Of a DNA stretch of 64,000 nucleotides, positions 1-12,809 are shown one piece after another. Within the stretch, counting starts at the first letter, position 1, and the number at the start of each line of letters is the position of its first letter. Below the pieces are notes generated by a model. The model had not been told where the DNA came from. It ran no database searches and saw nothing but the letters and a program-made list of their open reading frames with translations. Origin of the DNA: the human T2T-CHM13v2.0 reference genome, Homo sapiens. Location of the stretch: NCBI RefSeq assembly GCF_009914755.1, contig NC_060929.1, one strand, 5' to 3'. The position numbers and the translations under genes are program-made.

Positions 1-699
1 GTGGTTGGCCATACATTCCTTTTGGTTTTAGCAGCATAAAACCCAGGAGATTTGAGTAAAATATGGGGAATGGGGAGGCGGAGAGAAGAGGCAGATTACA
101 GGGGAAAAATTTGCAAAAGAGAAATCCATAAACTTGTCTTAGGGCCTGAACCACCTCTACATAATTTAGGCACAAAGGAGCCACTCTTGTTTATTTTTGT
201 GAAATAGAAAACTTCATACAAGCTGTGTTTCCTCAGGGGCCTAAACACTAGTAAATCACTAGCTATATAGGACCTCCCATCTTTATTTAATTAGTCAAAA
301 AGTGGGTTATGGAATGGAGATTGCTTCACCTTCAATAAATAAAACAGAAAAGTATTAAAAATTATAGATTCACACTTTTTTTTCTCCTCATGAAATCAAT
401 GACAATGAACAAAGTGACTCTTTAGTATTTGTTATGAAGTCGATTGCTTTTAATGCATGTCAGGTAATCCTAAAAACAAATTCCACCAACCTTTGTGGGA
501 AATATCAGACAAATTCTCACCACGAATATAAAAAAGCATTTTCACAAAGAGCTGTGTGTACTTTGCACAAGCACTGTAGGCTACCTTCCAAGCAGGGCAG
601 TGCTGACATGCCCCACCTGCTGTTTATTCTCCTCCCACACGAGTCTATATCAATAGCAATGACCTGAGAAGATCAGATAAGCCTCAGAGACCCTTCAGA

Positions 700-790
700 G
701 ACATTCATTTGTTCATTAATTCACTCATTCACTCAAATCAAGTCTTCATTAAACACTTAATATGCACAAGACACGATGCTAGGCTCAGGA
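700..790 (-). mobile_element. L2 LINE 3' end fragment
   Basis: (ATTC)n-like tail 'attcatttgttcattaattcactcattc' followed by 'ttaaacacttaatatgcacaagacacgatgctagg', typical of the reverse-complement L2 terminus. Confidence 0.55.
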
Positions 791-1104
791 TGTCATCTAT
801 TCACAAGTCTGCAAAGTTTTGCATTTTTTTCTCTGTTTGAAGTACTATCAAGGACACAACACCTCTCTGGGGGGACTGTTCTACTTAGCATTGGAAATTG
901 CAGTGTGGCTCCACAGGCAAAGTAGATTACTAGTGATTAATAAAGATTGCTAGAGTCTAAGGGGGTTCTAAGTTCTCATTTATTCCAGAATGACCCTGGG
1001 ACCTCAATTTGAATATACGGATAATGGCAGAAATGTTTTCTGTCTTAGGAGTAATAATGCCAAATTTCTAACAAAAATGATGACTAAATGTGAGGCAGGG
1101 GAAG

Positions 1105-1335
1105 CAGTATGATGTCGTGGAGGTTGCTGAGGAGCCCTGGGTTCACAGGCTGGCTCCAGACTTGAGCTATGTATGCAGGGAAATCATTCAGCTTCTCTGT
1201 GCCTCAATTTGCACATCCTTAAACCAGGGATTGCAATGCTGTCCTCGAAGGTTATTGTGATGATCAAGTAAGATACCATGAAAGAAGTGCTCGGCATAAT
1301 GTCTGGCACATGGTAGGACCCAGATAGCACTGAAT
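1105..1335 (+). mobile_element. MIR SINE
   Basis: MIR core 'cttctctgtgcctcaatttgcacatccttaaa...gttattgtgatgatcaagtaagata...gtctggcacatggtagg'. Confidence 0.75.
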
Positions 1336-3799
1336 TAACAAACAAATGAATACAAGAGCAGCCTGTGTAGAAACCAAGTAATAAGGAACTCCAAATGTGA
1401 AAACACAGCGTGTCTTTTTCTTCTTATACTTGCTCTCTTTTCTCTCTGGCTTGTGCAAAGATGGGCCGGGAGGGCCATGGGGGAAGATCCAGTGCTAGGA
1501 TGGTGGTTAATGGTGGCTTTTCTGGATTAATGTGGACACATGGGACGAAGTGGAAGTGTTCTCTGAATTGCTCACTCAAATAGGACAGTCCTAAGTCTAC
1601 AGAAATTCTAGAATTTCAAATATTCTTCCTCACAGACCCTTGTAATTACACTGAAGCAATTGTCCCACGTTTTAGTTTGGAAACTGTGGTTGCTGTTCAC
1701 TTGGATCTCTTCTGGAAACCAGGACCCTAAGATTTCTTCTAGTCACTCAGTGAATTTGTCTAATCATATTATCACCTTACTCTCCCTGCTGCCTTGTGTA
1801 TCTTCCTACTCTAGGAAATGATGCAGGGGTGGGGTGGGGTGGGGCATTACGTCATGTGCTCAGGCTCAGCCCTAGACAAAGAGCTTGGAGACATAACACC
1901 AGCTGTCTCTGAGGAACTTTCTCCCCAGCCTCTCCTCCCTCCCACATCACAATTTCACCTGCTCTGCTCCCAGATATTTTGGGAGATGCCATAGAAGATC
2001 TTTTGCATATCTGTAAAAACTTCAAAAGTCAAAGTCATTTTTAAAATGATTTCAAGCTAATTACTTAATGCATTTTAGCTGCAGTTTACTGATCTATATA
2101 AAATGGGGCATAACACCTTTTACATTAGATGATGAAACAAGATAATGTAGGGAAAACACCAGTCACAAACTACTTGCTAAAGAAATGTTCATTTTGATTC
2201 CTACAGTATCTCACACAAGCTTCTGATCCTCAGTTCACTGTGTAGAATGAATCAACGGCCATGTGTTTCACCAGCGTAAGGCAAGCTGGAAAGAGATAGT
2301 GTCACTAATGAGTGAAACAGGAGAGAGCATCTACAGCCTTGGGCGTGGCCTGTGGGGCTGCCACTGTGGGTAGGTTCCTATAGGGGGCATGTTTCCACCT
2401 TCATGGAGAGGATCCCCTGTGGGTCAGCAGGTTGAGCCATTTCCTGCTGCCAGTGTCCCTTGGGCACTACCCTCTCCAGCTGACTGTCCCCATAGGAGGT
2501 TGGGCATGGACTCTGACCATGGCCATCTACTTCCCAACCCTTGACATGTCCCCAGCCTCAGGGACAGGATACACAGAGTCTAGATCTACAGAGTAAACCT
2601 ATTAAGAGTCTAGACTTCTTCAAGCAACACATGAAAAATTTGAGCAAACAGAGAAACCCAAGCCTGCAAGCCTGTACTGTAGCCCCTAAATTAGGGTGCC
2701 AAGATGCAGGAAACCAGAGTCAAATTCCAAAACCTTGTTCTCCTTGGCTCGGGGGCAGGAGGATGCTTGCCAGGAAGTGTGCATCCCATTTCCCGAGCTG
2801 TTTTGTCCTGAGCTGCATTTTACGCCCATTAAGTGGACAGACCGTGTTCCCACCAATTCCCCATGCAGATGAGGACTTTGGAGTTATTAAGAAAAGAAGC
2901 TCAATTGTCCCCCCTGGCTTATCATTACTAACCAGGCAGAGGAAAGCTTCAGCCCACCATTGATTTAGATTAGCCCCTTCGTTTCAATATTATTAATTAC
3001 CCAAGTTAGCATACAGCATGTCAACATCAAAACCCAACTTTTTTTTTTAATTAACTGTTTCCTTTGCAGCTCTCTGGCCATACCTGTTTTCTTTCGTGCC
3101 TCCAGAACCCACACAGAAATGCCTTACAGATATGGTTTCAACTGTCATCAAGCGAAGTTATTAGACTGGGGACCAACACAGGTCACTTCTTTCATGAGAG
3201 GCCACCAGGCTAATCTTTTGAGGTGACATTTCCGTAATAACTTAACATTTGCCAGAGTTCTCCATTGCATTCTGTGCAAAGCAAACAGAAGGGTTAATTT
3301 AGTTCTCTAATCTCTTGTTATAAGCCTAATTATTTTACATGTCTTCATTTCATTAATGAATTGCCGCTTTTTACATGCAGCTCCTTCCCCATTGCTTTTG
3401 TTTAAACCTCCTGGTGGGAAGGGATAGATTAATTTTGTTGTGCCTTAATGAAACTGTATGCTACATTAGATTTAACCATTTGGCATGCACTGCCAACATC
3501 ACCATTATGCATAATGAATTATTTTTTGTGACACCCAAACTACTGTAGACCTTCAGTGTTCTCCTTCAGATATTGTGACGATGCAACCGGCAGGCACACA
3601 ACAGCACACTCAGTCACTGTGCCTGGTGTCTAAGGAAACTGCCTTGTGGCTTTTTCCTTTCTGTCACCTGCATGGGAGCGTCTAGATTTCTGCTTGCCAT
3701 GGGGAGCCCGGATATCCAGTTGATTTCCAGTAAGTATCTCAAATGAAACCAGCAAATCGGTATTGAGTTTTGAAGACAAAGCACTGTGGTAGGCACCTT

Positions 3800-4192
3800 A
3801 AGGCAGGCCAAAATGTTGTTTGGTCTTTGTCTTCACAGGAATCATTCATTGCTGCTCCTCCATCTGCAGGCCATCTGGGGTTGGGCAGGTCTTGGCTCTG
3901 CCTTAGGCTGCAATGGACAGGGCAGCTCTGGTCCTCCTGTCCCCATTTCCCTCCTTCTTCTCATAGTGATTGTAAAAGCTTAGGAGGGCAGGTGGAAAGG
4001 CACATGCAAGGCTTTGTAAGGTCTAGGTGGGGAACTGACATACTTTTACGTATTTATTATTGGCCAAAGCAAGTCACACGGACACGTCCAAAGTCAAGAG
4101 GCTGAGAAGTCTTCTCCCCCATGAAGAGGCCAGGCAAGGATGTAGTTGCAGGAACTGGCAAATAATTGAGCCCAACAATTCAATTGTTTATG
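3800..4192 (-). mobile_element. Old MLT1-type (MaLR) LTR fragment
   Basis: 'tattggccaaagcaagtcacacggacacgtccaaagtcaag' resembles the conserved MLT1 block; boundaries approximate. Confidence 0.55.
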
Positions 4193-5139
4193 TTTCTAAA
4201 GGTTGGCTGGGTTCTGTGTTGTAGCCATCCCCAAATTTTCAAAGCTGAAGCCATTTAATCTCACAATGAAGGTTGATCCCAGCCTAGACTTGGGAACCCA
4301 TCTTGTCCCTAGGCAGGGGATCATCCCAAAGATCTCAAGCTAAAACTCCATGGCTCGTCAGTGAGTTAACCCTGATCCAATTAGTCTGGAACCAAGTCCT
4401 GTCTGAGTCCTAGCTGCTCTGGTAACTGCATTTCGTTCTCCTGAACTTGGCTTTTCCAGATATCTGCCGCCAGATCTGCCCTAACATGCTGGTTAATGAG
4501 TCATCTCCTTGGATTCCTAAGCTGCTCTGTTGTCGGACCTTTTCTGAATTGACTTTGTAAACATTTGATCTGAAAATCACCACTACTTGTTCCTTGCCTG
4601 GCTGCCCTTTCAGAACACAGCCACAGTCCAAGAAGGATCTCCAGATTCAGGACTGGCAATACCCACCATTTTCCCTGCACTAGAATTTGGCTTTTCCGTA
4701 TCCTGGGAGTTTTCCTGAACCTACAGTCCTGGCCTCCCTCACTACTCCGAGGTCTGGCTCTCAGACTGAAAATCCAGCCAGCAGTGAGGGCCAGTCAATA
4801 TCAAAGGCAAAGCAGAGAATGTTGCATTCCCTTAGCTCAAAGAAAAGTGGGCATCGTGAACCGGGGCAGGCTGGGGCAATTTGCTTGAAGGCAAAAAAGA
4901 TGAGGCACCAAAGGGGAGAGAGATATTCAATAAAATGGTAGCTCATTTGAAATTGTGTTATCATCCAGGTTAAGTGGCAAATGTGGCCACTAACACAACG
5001 AGCTACAAATTCTACCTTGTGGTGCTGGGAAGAGTCTTGAGGACACGTGTGCTGGTTCTTCAGCATCACGGTGGACATTTTCCGGGGTGAGAGGCTGCTG
5101 TGCCGTCCCATGGACAGCATGGCTGTCTCCTGACTCAGG

Positions 5140-5515
5140 GCGTTTATTTGACCTTGCTTCTCCCTCTACTGAAAACAGTTCCCCCTGAGATTTTCATGGC
5201 TGGTTCCCTCACCTCTTTCATATCTGTATTCAAATATCATCTTTGTAGAGATGCCTTTCCTGACTTCCTTACTTGCTGCTGCAACTCACCAGCCGTAGTT
5301 CAATAATCTGTCATCGTTCCCTGCTTTATTTCTCACCCAGGGAACTCAAAACCATCCTACACACTGTGCATTTTACCTTTTGTTTTGTTGATTGTCTGGC
5401 TCCCTTTACTAGAATAGATGCTTCATAATTGTCTGTTTTGGTTTATCTGTCTCTTTGCCCTTAGAACATATAACAGGTGCTCAATAAATATTTGCTGGAT
5501 GGAAGAAGTAAGGAA
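5140..5515 (+). mobile_element. L2 LINE 3' region
   Basis: 'atggctggttccctcacctctttca...aaatatcatctttgtagagatgcctttcctgac', ending 'aggtgctcaataaatatttgctggatgga'. Confidence 0.75.
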
Positions 5516-5839
5516 GGAAGTACAGACGGAGTGACAGGCTGGCCAGGGTGGCTGGGGACAGGGACAGGCAGAGAGATAAAGGCCTGATGTTTAGATGCAT
5601 GGAGATGCACAAAGTCACATACAGGACTCCAACGAGGTCAGCCCAGGAGCTCAGAGGCACTGCTGGCCTTCGACATCCTCCTCTCTGCTGGCTTCTCATC
5701 CTCAGCCAATCAAGCATGCTCAAGTTTCTCCAATTCTTGATCCAGAGCTGTCCTTAGGTTCTCTCCTCCTCCCCACCTCATCTGAGCCTCTTGAAGGCAT
5801 TGCCTGAGTCCTTTGTTTCCACTTGCTCACCTCCCACAC

Positions 5840-6410
5840 ACTTTGAATCAGGCCCCAGCCCAGGTCTATCTGCTATAGATCTCCCTGCAGGGACCTCAAG
5901 CTTGACAGTTCCAAACCAAACTGAATATTTTCTCTGCCCTCATTTAGTGAACATCCCCCTCACTCCAACCCCTGCATTCACAGGCTTGGTTGATGACACA
6001 GCATCTGTTTGGATTCCGAGCTAGAATGCTGAGCATCCTCTTTTACCTCCCAAAGATTTCTTGACTTCACCTACTTGTTTCACTCTTTCCACGACTGCTG
6101 CTCACATCCCCATCATATCTTAATGGGCAACAGGGTTCTAACCAGCTCCCTGCTTCACATCCTCGTCAGCCTTGTCCACCTGCACTTCCCCTCACCTCTG
6201 GGACAAGGTCCAAACTCATTAACATGGCATAGAAAGCTCAGTGTATTCTGATTGCCCATCTCCAGCATCATCTCTCTTTCCTGTTCTCATGCTGGATTAT
6301 CCCTGGGCCTTTGCACAAGCAGCCCCTCTGCCAGGGGGGGCCTTCCCTACTCTCATTTATCCTTTCAGATTCAGCTTTTGTCATTATAATGTTGTCCATG
6401 TTGCACAGTA
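5840..6410 (+). mobile_element. Degraded L2 body fragments
   Basis: L2-like phrases 'ggacaaggtccaaactcattaacatggcatagaaagc' and 'gggcctttgcacaagc'. Confidence 0.5.
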
Positions 6411-6699
6411 CATGTTCTGATGTATATTCACTTTTTAAAAGCTTTATCTTCAATCTGATCAATATTGTCTAGGAAAAAATGGACTTGAAATTTTTTCCTG
6501 ATACATAATAAATGTATAGTTATTAAAATGAAAGTATTTATACCCCCACAAAGATCACATTGTATCCTGCCACAATTACCCCCATCTTTTTGAACCAGTG
6601 AACTAGGCCATCTGGGCTGTTTAAAATCACTGAGCTGGAGAGGGCTAGAGATTCTGTCTTTGGCCAAATCACTGCTTAAGTGGCTTGATATATAAGTGG

Positions 6700-6930
6700 T
6701 TAACACTTACTGAGCACTTCCTACATTAAAAACACTGTTTTACACACCTTAAATGTATTCACTCATTTAATTCTCATAATAACTATGAAATGGGATGAAA
6801 ATCATCTCTATCTTACAGAAAATAATATTGAGACTCAAAGAGGTTCATTAACTTGCCCAGTTTACATAGCTACTAAGAGGTGGACCCAGTATTCAAACTC
6901 AACCATTTGACTAGAGTCTATGCCCTTACC
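6700..6930 (-). mobile_element. MIR SINE
   Basis: 'acttactgagcacttcctac...ctcatttaattctcataataactatga...ttgagactcaaagaggttcattaacttgcccag'. Confidence 0.8.
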
Positions 6931-9699
6931 CTATTAATATAATATCATCTCTATGAGGTTTTACTGCTCTAATATCTTGCAGGTGAGACTGTCCTCAGCT
7001 CCCAGACTTTGTGGCAGTGGAGCCTGTTCTTGTTGTGGGAAGGAAGGACGGTTGGTTGGAAGGCTGGCAGTCTACCCAGAAAAGGTGGCCTTCCCCATGG
7101 AAATCAGCAACTTGGCTTTCTGTGATTCTCTAGACTTGGTTGAAGAAGTTCTTTGTGGCAGGAACCAAGTTTGTCTCATTTTGACAGAATCCCCAGCTGT
7201 TGACTTTTTCTGCTATCCTGTGCATTTTTTCATCTCCAGAGATATCCAGAACTTTCCAGCTCTAAGCAAGGAAGCTTGGAACCAAATCACCCAATTTCTT
7301 CCTAATACTCACAAGCCCAACCCCAGTTGAACATAGCAGAGGACTGTGTACTATAGAAGGACTTCAAGGTCAAGTGCTAAGGTTCCTGCTTCAAGGTATC
7401 TACACTTCACTTGCCCTTATCTTTAAAACAAAACAAAGTCCTAGCTTGAATCATCTCTGCACCTGATTGTCTGGGAGTTTTATGGAACCTGTGCATATTA
7501 ATTAAACAGCGCATGCCTGTCACATGCCTGTCACGTTTGCTGGGAGCCTGTTTGTCACAGCTTTTGAAATGACACAGCCCAGATGCTATCGACCAGCTCA
7601 GTGTCTCTCAGAGAAACCCATGCTCAACTATATCCCTGTGGGTAATAAACAGGATAGATGCCCCATCCCCTGATAAAATATTATCTGCAAATGTATAACT
7701 GAAAAGGAATTACCACCAATATTCTTTTAATTGGAAATATCTTTCTTCCTCCTAAGCAGATTCGTGCAAGTTCTTTCCTGCAGAAGCCATCTATAGAAAA
7801 GGAACATGTGTGTGAAATTCGGCCTGTTTAATCTGTCCCTGTAATCAGCTTCCCCAAGCCTGAATGCTGAGTCTATAGAAGTTGCAAGACCAGGCTGCTT
7901 TTCTGCTCATTCCTGCTTGAGATTTGCTTGGCCTGCCGGGGCCCTTCTTCCTAACCTTAGCAATGGGACTCCTTGAAAAGCCAGCGTTTTCCACCCCAAG
8001 TGAGATCTTCCATCAAAATCAGACGCCCTAGAAAAATAGAGCTTAGGCGAAGCAGCTTTTCTGATCCCATTATTGATAAGCTCTTAGAGCTCATCAATGA
8101 AAATTAGAACTTGTTAATCCTGTACATTTCCCCCCTTGATTTTTAATTACAGAAGAAAGAAGTAATGGATAACTTCTGGGGCTGCAGAGACACTGAGGCT
8201 GTCAAGAGAAAATTAAATTTACAGTCAGAGAGTTTTGTTTTCTCAAGTGTCCTTGTAAAATGCAAAAGAGGCTCCTGGCATCACCAAGGCAATTCAACTG
8301 GTTTCCTAAACTGGCAGGGTTTTCCTCGAAGAAGCCCTCCTTCGTTTGCCAAGAGAGTGTATTAATGACAAGGACTGGACCTAAAGGGAACTCATTCAGA
8401 AGAAAACTGCATTAAAAGAACATTAAGGGCGATGTTTTAAAGTCTGATTTAAACTCATGAAAGCAAGGAGATTTATTGTCGAAGCCAAATCGCCGCGCTG
8501 ACGCGCCCTGCCTGGTAATGCATTCTGATTGGTGCACAGGGGATTGAATCTGTACAAAAATATCGCTCACTGTGGCCCAGGAGCTCCAGCTGGGGGAGAT
8601 GGGAGATAGCTATAGGGGGATATGAGCTAGGGACAGGCACATTTCTCAAAGCAGATGGACTAACATCCCACAGGGACCAACTCACCAGGGAAGTAGGAGA
8701 AGGGCACTGCCAGCTGAGGTCAGCCTTAACATTAGCAGACAACTTAGCAGGCTTTGAGCTTCCCAGCATAGGCCTGGGGCTTCTGGGGAGATACTCCCTG
8801 GGAAACTGGAGGCTCAGCAGGAGGTCCCAACCCCTCTCCTCTGAATCCCCAGTCCCTCCTGCAAATCTTCTATTTGGTAACCCCTCTTGCAAGCACACCA
8901 ACTCCACAACAAAGTAGCCACTCCTCCTACTCCAACCGACCGCTCTATCTCACTTGACCGTACTCTGTGTTAGAGTAATACAGTGCAGGTCTCTACCTGT
9001 GCTGCAGCCCTGGACTCCAGCCAAAAAGCCAGCTGCTTGCCATCTTGCAAGTCAGGATCTGATTTCTAGATTAGAGATGTTAGTACCAGTGTTGGCAAGG
9101 CACAATGGAGTCAGTCTGGAAAAATCAAAGAATGCAGCTTCAAGCGTTTGGTCCAGATCTGCTCCTCTCTTAGTGCAGCAGCATTGCCAGGGTACTTGTC
9201 ACCTCTTCCAATGCAGTTAATATAGTTCAGCCTGCCATAGCATCACATTCTATTCTGAGTAGCAGCAACCCCTGCAATATGGCTTAGTACTTTTTGTACC
9301 AGGCCTTGGAACTGATCCAATTTCATGCTTTTCTTGGTGTCCCAGTGCCTGGACAGATGTTCATTTCCTGGTGTCTCTGGGACTCTCTGAATCTTATGGA
9401 TTCTTTATCATGTATGGATATAGGGTTGTCTATTCAAATGGTTGAATTTGGACAGTCAAGGGACAGTAAGGATGTGCATACAGGGTAATCCCTCACCAGA
9501 AGCAGAGGGGCTGAGAGCATCACACGGAGGGAGACACAAGTCTTCAGTGAAAGTAAAACCAGGAGTTTGAGACCAGGAGAGCCCCCTGGAGTAAGGGTGC
9601 AAATGAGATCCATAGAACAGAGTGGGCAGGAGGATCAAAGGTCCAGGTGATTAAACAAAGGCTGTGCATGTCTAGTTATTCATATATTGAGTGCTTCAC

Positions 9700-10105
9700 A
9701 ATGTCACTGAGAAAGAAGCCATGTAAACAAATAAATATAGTAAGATTTGATACATAACATAATAGAAGAATGTGCAAATTATAAGCAGAAACAGCTGGGA
9801 AGAGGGTTGGGGAGGGCTTTCCAGAGGAGGTGGCAACTGAGTTGGATTTTGAAAGGGAAGTAAGTTTGCCAAAAGGCGAAAGGGGTAGGGAGTGGGGGTT
9901 GGATGAGTAAAGCTCAGAGCGTGGCCTGGGTGGGAATGTGGTCAGTTACTTTGGGCAGGTGGGGAGGGATTATGGAAGACGAGACTGGAAATGTAGTTGG
10001 AGTCATCATCACAAAGGTTCTCTGGGTGATGCTAAGAAATATGAACTCTCTCGTACAGTTAAAAGGAAGCCATTGAATAATTTCACAATCAGTCTGAGGT
10101 AGCTG
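9700..10105 (-). mobile_element. L2 LINE fragment
   Basis: 'ggagggctttccagaggaggtggcaactgagttggattttgaa...ggaagccattgaataatttcac'. Confidence 0.6.
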
Positions 10106-10404
10106 AAAACTCACAGCTAATCATGTTGCTACCCTGCTTGGGTAAAAGGGATAAGCCTAGAAGTGGGGCCCGCATTAGTTTGGAGGGTTCGAGACTCTGA
10201 TGAAGGCTATAGACTCCCCTCCTCTCACAGAAAACTGCTCATATGCTCAAAATTTTGCATGTAATTTCATGAGTTTCATGGACTCCCTAAAGCCCATCCA
10301 TAAACCTCAGTTTATAAGCCCTCACTGTAAAGATATTTGTGGGAAATAATTTGTTCTCTATGGAGAATTTTATAGTTCTTAGGAGATGAGTGCTGTAGTA
10401 TTTA

Positions 10405-10628
10405 AAGATGATGTGTCACCAGTGTCTGAGACTCACTTTCAAATGGTTTGCAACACATTTTTGAGAGAGAGAGAGTGTGCGTGTATTAGGCAGAGAGAAA
10501 AAGGAAAGAGAAAGAGAAAGTAATTGAGGCAAAATGTTAACAATTGATGAATCTAGGGAAATAGTATATGGGTGTTCATCACAATGTCTTTTAACTTTTC
10601 TGTTCATTTGAAATTTTTAAAAATAAAA
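10405..10628 (+). mobile_element. Old L1M 3' end fragment
   Basis: 'ggcaaaatgttaacaattgatgaatctaggg...tatatgggtgttcat...ttaacttttctgttcatttgaaattttt...aataaaa'. Confidence 0.65.
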
Positions 10629-12049
10629 GCAAAGCAAAACAAAACCCTCACTCAAGGCAGAAGTAGCAGGAATGAATATAAAGTGATGAATTTTATTCAT
10701 TTATATTCTTTTGCCATATACTGTCTGAATACCTACTATAGTTGTTCAATATTTAGTTGGAACAATCAATAGGACTTAGTGCCTGACGAAAGGTGGATGG
10801 GGGAGATGATGGAGGAGGCACAGTTAAGGAGCCCAAAGTGGCCGATGTAAATGACGGGGAGTTCAATTAACACAGAGACGAGAAGGCAGCAGGGTGGCAA
10901 GCCAGAGGAGGGGGGAATGAATTCAGTTCCACAAGAAGCATTTTGAAAGGAGTTTTTATGAATTGCAAAGGGTTTGAGGGAGACCACCAGAAGATAAGTG
11001 GAATGAAAGTGATGGCAGGGAGAAACAGTGTAGACTGCGGACAGAGAGCTATTTGGGAGGAAGTAAGGGTTAGTGGTAAGATAAGTTTGGCCATTTTCTG
11101 CAATGTCAAAAACAGTAGATGTGATTTGTGTGGCTAAGAGGACTGTCCTTGGAGGACAGGTGACAGCTACAGAGAAAGATTTGAATGCAGGAGCTTTGTC
11201 CCTACTTCACTGATAGACAATTTCTGTGCCAGGCCAGAGTCAGGGATGAGTAACGGTCTCACCCTCAAGGAGCACCCAGTCCAGTCAGGGAGGAAAACAT
11301 TCATAAGCTTAAGTAGTTTGGTGTTGGAGAAAAGTTTCATTGCTTGATACAGACCTTCAAATTTATATAAAATGTATAACTGTCTATTCTGTATCATCTG
11401 TTCCATCTAGGCACTTAGGACTCCAAATAACAGCACATACAAAATTCAAATGGCGTATCTGTGGCAAATATAAATCCCAGCTGTCCAAATATAGCTGTCC
11501 CAGCTATTCCCCAAATTTCAAGGTCCCTCCCGCACCCCTCCTACCTCTGTAACACACATGTGCAGCTATAGAGGACTGGCCTTCTAGTGTTATGTTTGAA
11601 CTCAGTCCTGAAAGAAAAGTAGGAGTTTTCCAACAGGGAGGCAGAATATAAGCTAAATCATCTCAGTTACCCTCCTCTGCCCTTTTTCATGGAAATGGGT
11701 TTGAGAATTGAAAGAAACTCTATCAAATAGAATCCTAGTTTCTCCTAAACTGAGTCTGTACCAGGGTTGTTTATTTACCTCCCTGGTTTAGGGGCTTTGT
11801 TACAGGTCAGGGGATGTAGGTGAAAGCCCAGGAATTCCCTTCTGGAGGTGTTTGAACTCAGCCACCTTCAAGATTTGGCAGAAGCCCCCCAAGTCTTACT
11901 GTGGTTTCAATTGTAAACTATGTCCTAAGAACAGTTTTAGCTGATTCCCTCATTTCCCAAAGGAAGATATGAAAATTGCTTTAAAACATTCTCTATAGCA
12001 AGGCTACGTTGTTGTTGCCATTCTCTCCTCCTCAACATCTCCATGGCTG

Positions 12050-12755
12050 ACACGCATTGAGCGCTTTCTCTGTGCCGGGCATCTTGTGTCTTCTTTACGT
12101 GCATCCTCATAACAGCCCTATTCATGCAGGGCAGGTGAACCCCCAAATTGGGGCTTAGCCCAGGAGGGTTCTTGGCTTTGTTCAGGAAATAATTCAACGG
12201 CAAGCTGGTGGTGTTAGACAGCAACCTTTATTGAAGCAGCAGTGCACGGCAGCAGCAGAGGTACAGCTCCATGCAGAGTAGGGCTACTCATTGGTTGTGT
12301 GCCCAGAGGAGCAGCTCAGGGGAAGTTCTGTAGTCATATTTACACCCACTTTTAATTTCATGCAAACTAAGGGGTGAGTTATTCAGAGTTTTTTAGAAAA
12401 AGAATAATACTTCCAGGTCATTGCTGTAGAAAGGGGCAATAACTTCCAGGTGTTGCCATAGCCATGGCAAGCTGACATGGCACTGGTGGGCATGTCTTAT
12501 GGAGAGGTGCTTACCCCTTTTTCCTGTTTCAGCTAGTCTTCAGTCTGGTCCAGGGTAAAGTCTCCCACTTCCAGAGTTGAGGTAGGAGACCCTCCTACCT
12601 CACTATAAGGAAGATCCTATGATTATCTTCTTTTTCCAGTTAGGGAAACTGAAACTTAGAGCTCTTTAAGCAATTTGTCCAAGGTCACACCACCAGGATG
12701 TGGGAGACTAGGTGCCGGGATCCACATGGGATTGACTCTGGAACTCAAGTGCTTA
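12050..12755 (-). mobile_element. MIR SINE split by the MER41-type LTR
   Basis: MIR sequence '...catcctcataacagcccta' stops at ~12121 and resumes at ~12603 with '...gggaaactgaaacttagagctctttaagcaatttgtccaaggtcacac'. Confidence 0.7.
12122..12602 (-). mobile_element. MER41-family (ERV1/MER4 group) solo LTR, MER41C/D-like
   Basis: Minus strand starts TGAGGTAGGAG and ends '...aagaaccctcctgggctaagccccaatttggggttcacctgccctgcatga'; 4-bp target duplication CTAT at 12118-12121 and 12603-12606. Confidence 0.8.
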
Positions 12756-12809
12756 CAAGTCCACACAAGCCATATTGGCTTGTTTCTGAGGGCCTCAGTC
12801 TGAAAACAA

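Noticed and set aside
2541-8907. Longer non-repeat ORFs (140 aa at 2541, 125 aa at 6953, 144 aa at 8473)
   Set aside because: No recognisable domains or supporting exon structure; lengths expected by chance in 64 kb
12578-12602. TGAGGTAG / CTACCTCA match the let-7 5' end and seed site
   Set aside because: These are the LTR terminal bases; the stem is far too short for a pre-miRNA and the rest of let-7 is absent
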